Assembly: GCF_042878995.1 (NCBI RefSeq)
Contig: NZ_JBIAOR010000015.1
Coordinates: 82,933-106,932 of the forward strand
Direction of reading: 5' to 3'
From: Brevibacillus sp. NPDC003359
GTDB lineage: Bacteria > Bacillota > Bacilli > Brevibacillales > Brevibacillaceae
Length of the DNA stretch: 24,000 nt
Position 1 is the first letter of the stretch. Each line of letters starts with the position of its first letter. This document shows positions 18,115-24,000 of this stretch, piece after piece. The notes beneath the pieces are model-generated. The model searched no databases. It worked only from the letters and a program-made list of their open reading frames with translations, and was not told where the DNA came from. The translations under genes and the position numbers were made by a program.

Positions 18115-19215
18115 CTAAACATTGAAGCGGAAATGCATAACATCTCCATCTGCGACTACGTACTCTTTCCCTTCAAGACGGTACTTCCCACGTTCTCTGG
18201 CTACTGCTACGGAACCAGCATCTACCAGATGATCATAAGCAATCACTTCGGCACGAATGAATCCGCGCTCGAAATCAGTATGAATCACGCCTGCTGCACC
18301 TGGAGCCTTTGTACCCTGACGGATAGTCCATGCGCGAACTTCTTGTACACCTGCTGTGAAATAAGTAACTAATCCCAACAGTTTGTAAGCAGCACGAATC
18401 AAGCGATCGAGACCAGACTCAGTAAGACCGAGTTCTTCCAAGAACATCTCTTTGTCTTCACCCTCGAGTTCAGCGATTTCCGCCTCTACCTTCGCGCTGA
18501 TGACAACCACTTCTGCACCTTCACTCCCTGCATGCTCACGAACCGTCTGCACATGCGGGTTGGTGTCTGCATCGTTAATGCCGTCTTCTGCTACGTTGCA
18601 AACGTACAACATTGGCTTGATTGTCAGAAGATGCAGATCACGAATCCATTTGCGCTCCTCGTCATCGAGTTCTACACTGCGGGCAGATTGCCCCTCTTCA
18701 AATGCTGCCTTCAATTTCTCCAGCACGTCCAGCTCTTGCTTGGATTCCTTGTCGCCGGATTTCACCTTGCGTGCAATGCGGTCAATACGACGATCAACAG
18801 AGTCCAGATCAGCAAAAATCAGCTCCAAATTGATTGTCTCGATATCGCTCAAAGGATCTACGCGACCTGCTACGTGTGTGATGTTCTCATCTTCAAAGCA
18901 ACGTACAACATGTGCAATCGCGTCCACTTCACGGATGTGTCCGAGGAACTGGTTACCAAGACCCTCGCCTCTGCTCGCGCCTTTTACCAAACCAGCAATA
19001 TCCACGAATTCAAACGCTGTCGGAACTACCTTGTTCGGAACGACGATCTGTGTCAGCTTTTCCAGACGCTCGTCTGGCACCTCCACAATACCTACGTTAG
19101 GGTCAATCGTACAGAACGGATAGTTCGCCGATTCAGCACCCGCTTGTGTAATGGCATTAAACAATGTCGATTTCCCTACGTTTGGAAGACCGACGATCCC
19201 GCAAGAAGCACCCAT
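18115..19215 (-). CDS. ychF: Ribosome-binding ATPase YchF
   Basis: 366 aa. G1 motif GLPNVGKSTLFNA. The C-terminal TGS-like domain ends in DGDVMHFRFNV. AAGGGAG SD. Confidence 0.96.
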   Translation of the reverse strand: MGASCGIVGLPNVGKSTLFNAITQAGAESANYPFCTIDPNVGIVEVPDERLEKLTQIVVPNKVVPTAFEFVDIAGLVKGASRGEGLGNQFLGHIREVDAIAHVVRCFEDENITHVAGRVDPLSDIETINLELIFADLDSVDRRIDRIARKVKSGDKESKQELDVLEKLKAAFEEGQSARSVELDDEERKWIRDLHLLTIKPMLYVCNVAEDGINDADTNPHVQTVREHAGSEGAEVVVISAKVEAEIAELEGEDKEMFLEELGLTESGLDRLIRAAYKLLGLVTYFTAGVQEVRAWTIRQGTKAPGAAGVIHTDFERGFIRAEVIAYDHLVDAGSVAVARERGKYRLEGKEYVVADGDVMHFRFNV

Positions 19216-19431
19216 CTATATACACTCCCTTATCATCATCCTGATATCCTTTTAAGTATATAGATTTGGTTTTCAGATTACAATTGTCTCCTTGTGGAAG
19301 CTTTGTTTCACTTGTCTCCTTCTGTGCTCATCATAGCTTCAGGTGGTGGGACAAAAAAAGAAATGCTAGACTAGACAAACGAAAATCTGTTTTGCTACGG
19401 AAAAATGAAAAGTAACGAGGTGACTACAAAG

Positions 19432-20055
19432 ATGAAGTTCTTACTTCTCGGTGCCACTGGTCGCGTAGGGAGCCATATCCTGGACTATGCATTAAAAGAT
19501 GGGCATGAAATAACCGTTCTCGTTCGCTCGGCAGACAAGCTCCTTCATCTGTCTACTGAAAATGTGCGTGTCCTGACCGGAAATGTTCTCGATCAAATGG
19601 ATGTTACATCAGCCATGCGTGGAGTTGACGCGGTCATTAGCGCGCTCGGGACAGATAAAGCGACGACGTTATCCGAAGGGACTCCTTATATTATTGAAGC
19701 AATGAAGCGAGAAAGCGTTTCTCGAATTATTACGGTGGGCACCGCTGGCATCTTGCAAAGCAGGGTTTCTCCTGACCTGCTCCGCTATCAATCCAGTGAG
19801 TCCAGACAAAAATTGACGCGTGCTGCCGAGGAACATCACAAGGCATATTCGCTCTTGGCACAGTCCGAACTCGATTGGACCATTGTATGTCCAACGTATT
19901 TGCCTGATGGCGAGTATACGGGCACTTACCGGGTCGAGGCTCACCAATTGCCTGTGGATGGGATGCAAATATCCGTGCCGGATACGGCGGAATTTACGTA
20001 TCAGCAGCTTTCTTCTTCCGCATACATGCGAGCGCGAGTCGGCATTGCCTATTGA
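19432..20055 (+). CDS. NAD(P)H-binding protein, atypical SDR (NmrA/BVR-B-like)
   Basis: The likely start is ATG at 19432 (MKFLLLGATGRVGSHILDYAL), with GAGGTG 9 nt upstream. Rossmann GxxGxxG motif. About 207 aa. Confidence 0.8.
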   Translation: MKFLLLGATGRVGSHILDYALKDGHEITVLVRSADKLLHLSTENVRVLTGNVLDQMDVTSAMRGVDAVISALGTDKATTLSEGTPYIIEAMKRESVSRIITVGTAGILQSRVSPDLLRYQSSESRQKLTRAAEEHHKAYSLLAQSELDWTIVCPTYLPDGEYTGTYRVEAHQLPVDGMQISVPDTAEFTYQQLSSSAYMRARVGIAY

Positions 20056-20071
20056 TAGATACAGGAAAAAT

Positions 20072-20110
20072 ACAGGCCCCCTATCCGTAATGGAAGGGAG
20101 CCTGTTTTGC
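20072..20110. terminator. Bidirectional terminator between convergent genes
   Basis: Stem ACAGGCCCCCT (20072-20082) / AGGGAGCCTGT (20095-20105) with one mismatch. T-rich sequence follows on both strands. Confidence 0.7.
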
Positions 20111-20124
20111 TTCTATGCGTTTCT

Positions 20125-22035
20125 TTACTTCTCGTTCACCAGCTTTTCCAGCTCATTCAATGTCTCTTCGAAAATTTCCATTGCTTGCTCGATTGGCTGG
20201 GACGTCGACATGTCCACACCTGCTGCTTTTAGTACCTCGATAGGTGGAGCAGAGTTACCCGCTTCGAGGAAGTTTTTGCGAACACGGTCTACTGCTGGCT
20301 GACCTTCATCCATGATTTGCTTCGCTAATGCTTGTGCAGCGGCAAAGCTCGTCGAGTATTGATAGACGTAGTATTTATAGTTGTAGAAATGGCTCACACG
20401 TGCCCATTCCATACCGATTTCCTCATCAGAAACCATGTCTTTCCCGTAGTACTTTTTGTTGATGTCGAGGTAGATCTTCTTAATCGCTTCCGCATTCAGA
20501 GACTCCCCTGCTTGCTCCTTCTCGTGAATCGCTCTCTCAAACTCCGCGAACTGCGTCTGACGGAACAGCGTGGAACGGAAGTTTTCCAGATAGTGATTCA
20601 AGAGATACATCTTCTCTTCTTTCGTCTTCGCCTTCGCGTACATGCTCTTGAACAGCAGTGTTTCATTCATGGTAGAAGCCACTTCTGCCGTGAAAATTGG
20701 GTAGTTGGACGAAATGTACTGCTGGTTTTTATTCGTGTAATACGACTGCATGGCGTGTCCCATTTCATGGGCAATGGTATACACATCATCGAGGGTACCT
20801 TGGTGATTCAACAGCACATATGGATGTGTATCATAAGCACCCCATTGGTAAGCACCCGTGCGCTTGTCATCTGTGGAATAGACATCTACCCAACCGCCAT
20901 CGAGGCCTTCAGACATTGCCTTCACATAGTCATCACCCATTACCTGTAACCCATCAACGACGATTTTCTTTCCTTCGTCGAAGGAAATATATTTGTCATC
21001 AGATGGAACGATCGGCACGTAAATGTCGTACATGTGCAATTCCTTCACGCCAAGCATTTTCTTTTTCAAGGAAATGTAGCGATGCAGCAATGGCAGATTG
21101 TCATTCACCGTGTCAATCAGCTCATCATACACCTTCGTTGGTACGTTGTTCGGTGTCAGGCTTGCTTCCAGCGCAGAATCGTAATTGCGTACAGCTGCGT
21201 AGAAATTATCGCCCTTCACTTTTGCAGCCAACGTCGATGCAAACGAATCTTGGAAATTGATCAGTGCACTATAGTACGCCTTGAACGCTTCTCTGCGCAC
21301 ATTTTGATTCTTGCTTTCCAGATAGGAAATGAAATTGGCACGAGTCAACTGTACTTCTTTGCCTGTCTCATCTTTGATTTTTGGAAACCTCACATCTTTT
21401 GACAGCATGCTGTAAATATTGGTCGGTGCACCGCCCAATGGAGACGATTTCGCCAAGAGCTGCTCCATATCAGCAGAGAGTGAGTACGGCTTCGTTCTCA
21501 GCATGTCTTCGATATACAGCTTGTAAGGCTCAATCTCCTTTTCAGATAGTAGGCTCTTTATTTTGTCATCGGAAATCGCAACGATTTCAGGCTGTACCCA
21601 CGAGGTTTTTTCCGTGACAAGTGTGGACATTTTCTCCGCGCGGTCTCCCAGCTTCTGCAGATCAGGATTCGCGGAGTTTACATCGAGAGACATGTTTGCG
21701 TACACGTATGCTTTGTCATTTAAGCGCATCAACTCAACGTAGTCGTCGAATGCCGCCTGCATCGCAGCAGAAGATGTACCCAACTTACCTTGGTGCTTTG
21801 TGAAAGCGTTTGCCAAAGATTCGACCTTAGCAACATCCTTTTCCCATTCCTGAACAGTTGGATAAATATGATCCAACTTCCACTTGTAGTCATTCGGGAT
21901 CTCAGCGCGAGTTTGATAAGAAGGCTTCTCAGCAGCAAGAGCTACCGCCTGCGTGCTGTAAGGAATGAATGGTACGGATACGGTCGATAATGCAATGGCT
22001 AAAGCCGTAACAGATGCAAATACTTGCTTCTTCAA
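20125..22035 (-). CDS. pepF: Oligoendopeptidase F (M3B family) with N-terminal signal peptide
   Basis: 636 aa. TTG start with AAGGGG 9 nt upstream. HEMGH zinc motif. The N-terminus MKKQVFASVTALAIALSTVSVPFIPYSTQAVALA/AEKP looks like a Sec signal. There is no lipobox Cys. Confidence 0.9.
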   Translation of the reverse strand: MKKQVFASVTALAIALSTVSVPFIPYSTQAVALAAEKPSYQTRAEIPNDYKWKLDHIYPTVQEWEKDVAKVESLANAFTKHQGKLGTSSAAMQAAFDDYVELMRLNDKAYVYANMSLDVNSANPDLQKLGDRAEKMSTLVTEKTSWVQPEIVAISDDKIKSLLSEKEIEPYKLYIEDMLRTKPYSLSADMEQLLAKSSPLGGAPTNIYSMLSKDVRFPKIKDETGKEVQLTRANFISYLESKNQNVRREAFKAYYSALINFQDSFASTLAAKVKGDNFYAAVRNYDSALEASLTPNNVPTKVYDELIDTVNDNLPLLHRYISLKKKMLGVKELHMYDIYVPIVPSDDKYISFDEGKKIVVDGLQVMGDDYVKAMSEGLDGGWVDVYSTDDKRTGAYQWGAYDTHPYVLLNHQGTLDDVYTIAHEMGHAMQSYYTNKNQQYISSNYPIFTAEVASTMNETLLFKSMYAKAKTKEEKMYLLNHYLENFRSTLFRQTQFAEFERAIHEKEQAGESLNAEAIKKIYLDINKKYYGKDMVSDEEIGMEWARVSHFYNYKYYVYQYSTSFAAAQALAKQIMDEGQPAVDRVRKNFLEAGNSAPPIEVLKAAGVDMSTSQPIEQAMEIFEETLNELEKLVNEK

Positions 22036-22159
22036 ATCTAAATCGCCCCTTTTCTTCTATCTATTTTTGCCAAAATTATAAGTGTGTAATTATATTTTTA
22101 CCTGCCAATTTCCTTCTTACTAATAAAAATTTTTAAAATATTCAATAACAACCGTCAAT

Positions 22160-22299
22160 TTATCCAGAGAAAATCCCCTTTTGTGGATAAGTCTGTGGAT
22201 AAGTATTTATTAACAGCTTTCTTTTCCCCAAATCGTTTGCAGACACTCTTTTTCTTCGCAAAAAGTTGTCCACATTTTCTGTGGATATGCTGTGAATAA
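22160..22299. promoter_or_regulatory. Non-oriC DnaA-box cluster (six boxes)
   Basis: Six matches to TTATCCACA. 22160-22168 TTATCCAGA (1 mismatch). 22182-22190 and 22194-22202 TGTGGATAA (both perfect, reverse orientation, as a tandem 12-bp repeat). 22266-22274 TTGTCCACA (1 mismatch). 22280-22288 TGTGGATAT (1 mismatch). 22291-22299 TGTGAATAA (1 mismatch). Confidence 0.8.
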
Positions 22300-22392
22300 C
22301 TTATTTTCTTTGGAACCAGGGCATCCGCCTATACCCCGTAGTGGGTTCCTACATAGCATGAGTATTGAAACTACGGTAGGAGGTGTTAGCAA

Positions 22393-22479
22393 GTGGGTAT
22401 CTTTAACGGCTTCGACGATTTCGCGCTGATCTTGGTCCTGTTCATCCTTCTCGTTATCGTAGGTTGCGACTGCGACTAA
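22393..22479 (+). CDS. Tiny transmembrane peptide, YjcZ / tiny_TM_bacill-like (28 aa)
   Basis: Absent from the ORF track because it is under 60 aa. AGGAGGTG (22378-22385) is followed by a 7-nt spacer and GTG at 22393. The product is MGIFNGFDDFALILVLFILLVIVGCDCD. The core FALILVLFILLVIVG closely resembles the FALIVVLFILLIIVG core I recall for YjcZ-family sporulation peptides. Confidence 0.65.
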   Translation: MGIFNGFDDFALILVLFILLVIVGCDCD

Positions 22480-22643
22480 CCTACTCCGCTGCCATCCAGC
22501 CTATCTGAAGGTAAGCTTGCATCCTCAGCAGCCTTACCTTCTCCAATTCCACATAGATCATAACCAGGCGATGCAGCCCAGGGATAATGATCAGTCATAA
22601 CCTAAGTACCATCACCGGGAGATACATTTAATCGTACAAAAGG

Positions 22644-22681
22644 AAAAAGGATGCGCCTACATTGGCTGCATCCTTTTTTTT
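22644..22681. terminator. Bidirectional Rho-independent terminator
   Basis: Stem GGATGCGCC (22649-22657) / GGCTGCATCC (22664-22673) with a one-base bulge, flanked by A5 upstream and T9 downstream. It serves the Ig-like gene (minus) and probably the tiny peptide transcript (plus). Confidence 0.8.
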
Positions 22682-22696
22682 ACCCACCTGGTTGGA

Positions 22697-23476
22697 CTAT
22701 TTAGCCCCCGTCTGAAAAGTTATCCACTGCGCTTGATTGTGATTACCTGCTGTGTCCTTTACTAAACCCGCAATGAGGCTTACCTGATATCTCGTATGTG
22801 GCTGCCATTTTCCTTTTGGCTTTACAGACAACATCCGCTTGCTTTTGTTCCAGGTAATTGTATGGGGAACGATAGCCCCTTTTTCATCTGTCACACGAAC
22901 TAACGGTCCGGCCGTTTTGCTGGAAAGAACTCCACCACCAACCAAAGTAATCTCCTCTGCAAACTGGAGTGTCACTTTATCCTGGAGCCTTACATTTTTA
23001 GCCCCGTGACCGGGCAATATGACGGCTTGTGGAGAGATGTTATCCACAGGTTTTTTCGTTTGAAACGTGCGGGTCAGCTCTGGATTCAAATTGCCTCGCT
23101 GATCCTTCACTTTTTTGGCCATCAAGCTTACTCGATAGGACGCCCCTGCCTCCAGATTTCCTTCCGGATCAATCGTCATGCTTCGATTGGTCTGGTTCCA
23201 TTTTGCCGTAAAACGAACCTTCTTTTTTTTCGCATCCGTGAGCGAAATGATCGAGAGACCAGATTTGTCGGAGAGCTCTTGACCATTTTTTAACGATACC
23301 GGCCCCGAAAATGTCAGTGTAATGATTTGATCCGGGTCAATTTCTGCCGATTTGTCAGCCGGGGATATTGTCACTCCCCATTCGTTCGCCGACTTTGCCC
23401 ACGCTCCCTGTGATGGAAGTAGGAAAAGCGCAAGCACTACTACCCATTGCAACCACCGAACACTCATCTTTTTCAT
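22697..23476 (-). CDS. Secreted protein with two SbsA/Big_5-type Ig-like domains
   Basis: The likely start is ATG at 23476 (MKKMSVRWLQWVVVLALFLLPSQGAWA, signal peptide), after GGGAGGGG. It contains two tandem ~100-aa repeats of the pattern I..L.FS.PV...............V.F...W......M...P.G.L...........VKD..GN. Confidence 0.75.
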   Translation of the reverse strand: MKKMSVRWLQWVVVLALFLLPSQGAWAKSANEWGVTISPADKSAEIDPDQIITLTFSGPVSLKNGQELSDKSGLSIISLTDAKKKKVRFTAKWNQTNRSMTIDPEGNLEAGASYRVSLMAKKVKDQRGNLNPELTRTFQTKKPVDNISPQAVILPGHGAKNVRLQDKVTLQFAEEITLVGGGVLSSKTAGPLVRVTDEKGAIVPHTITWNKSKRMLSVKPKGKWQPHTRYQVSLIAGLVKDTAGNHNQAQWITFQTGAK

Positions 23477-23590
23477 CGAACCCCTCCCGTCTAAAACGAC
23501 AAAGCCGCTTCCTGAAGCATATAAGCGTGTCCCTTCATCGTTTACAGGCATTGTAGAAAAAGACAGATGGGTTGATCAAAGAATTATGGA

Positions 23591-23800
23591 CTATGCTTGC
23601 GGTTCTTCTTCCGCGCGAATCAGTATTTTTTTCAGTTTGCGCTCAAATTCTAGTCGTCCAATCATCACGCTATGATCACAACCCGTACATTTAATTCGCA
23701 CATCCATGCCCATGCGTATGACCTTCCACGCATTCGTGCCACATGGATGTGGCTTTTTCATCTGTACGACATCCCCCAGCCCAAATTGCTTGCGTTCCAT
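23591..23800 (-). CDS. DUF951-family small protein (YyzM-like)
   Basis: 69 aa. The sequence GDVVQMKKPHPCGTNAWKVIRMGMDVRIKCTGCDHSVMIGRLEFERKLKKIL matches the conserved DUF951 pattern with four Cys. GAGGAG SD. Confidence 0.8.
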   Translation of the reverse strand: MERKQFGLGDVVQMKKPHPCGTNAWKVIRMGMDVRIKCTGCDHSVMIGRLEFERKLKKILIRAEEEPQA

Positions 23801-23815
23801 TTCTCTCTCTCCTCT

Positions 23816-24000
23816 CTACACTGTTCCCTTTCCAGATACCGCGACGATTTTTGGATACGGAATTTGTATGCCGCGGTTAGTTAATTCCGTTCTGATTTTC
23901 GCACGCAAATTTCGATTGACCCCGTGATGCGTATTCGGCTTGCATTCAGCCGTAACCCGAATGATGACTTCGGAAGGTCCCAGTGCATGTACTCCCAAAA
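23816..24000 (-). CDS. C-terminal fragment of an MscS-family mechanosensitive channel (continues past window end)
   Basis: The frame is open to position 24000. The C-terminal sequence ...IRVTAECKPNTHHGVNRNLRAKIRTELTNRGIQIPYPK resembles the cytoplasmic beta-domain end of MscS-like proteins. Confidence 0.55.
   Translation of the reverse strand, partial: LGVHALGPSEVIIRVTAECKPNTHHGVNRNLRAKIRTELTNRGIQIPYPKIVAVSGKGTV

Noticed and set aside
19273-19321. Two copies of AAGGAGACAA-N-TG (minus strand) in the ychF upstream region. They would define a 12-codon uORF (GTG 19311 to TGA 19273) and a start-stop TTG-TAA mini-ORF.
   Set aside because: The SD-to-start spacing is only ~4 nt, I found no convincing promoter upstream, and there is no evidence of conservation. 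It could be a simple 10-bp direct repeat.
22036-22299. The DnaA boxes plus the adjacent AT-rich stretch as a genuine replication origin.
   Set aside because: No dnaA, dnaN or rpmH is adjacent. I cannot see DnaA-trio-like repeats or a clear DUE next to a box. The gene context matches the region some tens of kb from oriC in B. subtilis. I therefore treat it as an auxiliary DnaA-box cluster.
22476-22598. A 40-aa minus-strand ORF (MTDHYPWAASPGYDLCGIGEGK...) tail-to-tail with the tiny peptide gene.
   Set aside because: Only a weak AGG lies 4 nt before the ATG. The composition is unremarkable and no motif is recognised. It lies in a hairpin-forming spacer.

Overview
The window looks like origin-proximal core chromosome of a Bacillales-type Firmicute (about 47% GC; the gene order resembles Brevibacillus or Paenibacillus, which is inference only). 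Almost everything is on the minus strand. The gene order matches the B. subtilis yyc/yyb/yya region: an HtrA-family protease; walJ-walI-walH-walK-walR (the WalRK essential two-component operon, with ATGA start/stop overlaps); a LysM/G5/M23 peptidase; two small hypothetical genes; purA with a PurR PurBox pair; the replicative helicase; rplI; gdpP; yybS; rpsR-ssb-rpsF with a structured leader; and ychF. Between ychF and a DUF951 gene plus an MscS fragment lies a less conserved block: an NAD(P)H-binding protein, a signal-peptide-bearing PepF (M3B) and a secreted two-domain Ig-like protein. I found no tRNA or rRNA genes, CRISPR arrays, transposases or integrases, and no convincing multi-gene novel system. 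Four things merit a second look. (1) A dense non-oriC cluster of six DnaA boxes (22160-22299) sits in the pepF-divergent intergenic region. (2) Directly downstream is an unlisted 28-codon tiny transmembrane peptide gene (YjcZ/tiny_TM_bacill-like) with a strong SD. (3) An unexplained ~207-bp imperfect palindrome (236-442), and next to it a perfect 20-bp palindrome, lie downstream of the protease gene. (4) A small convergent ORF is embedded in the ~290-nt stretch between the walJ stop and its terminator. All functional calls rest on motifs read by eye and on synteny. No database search was run.
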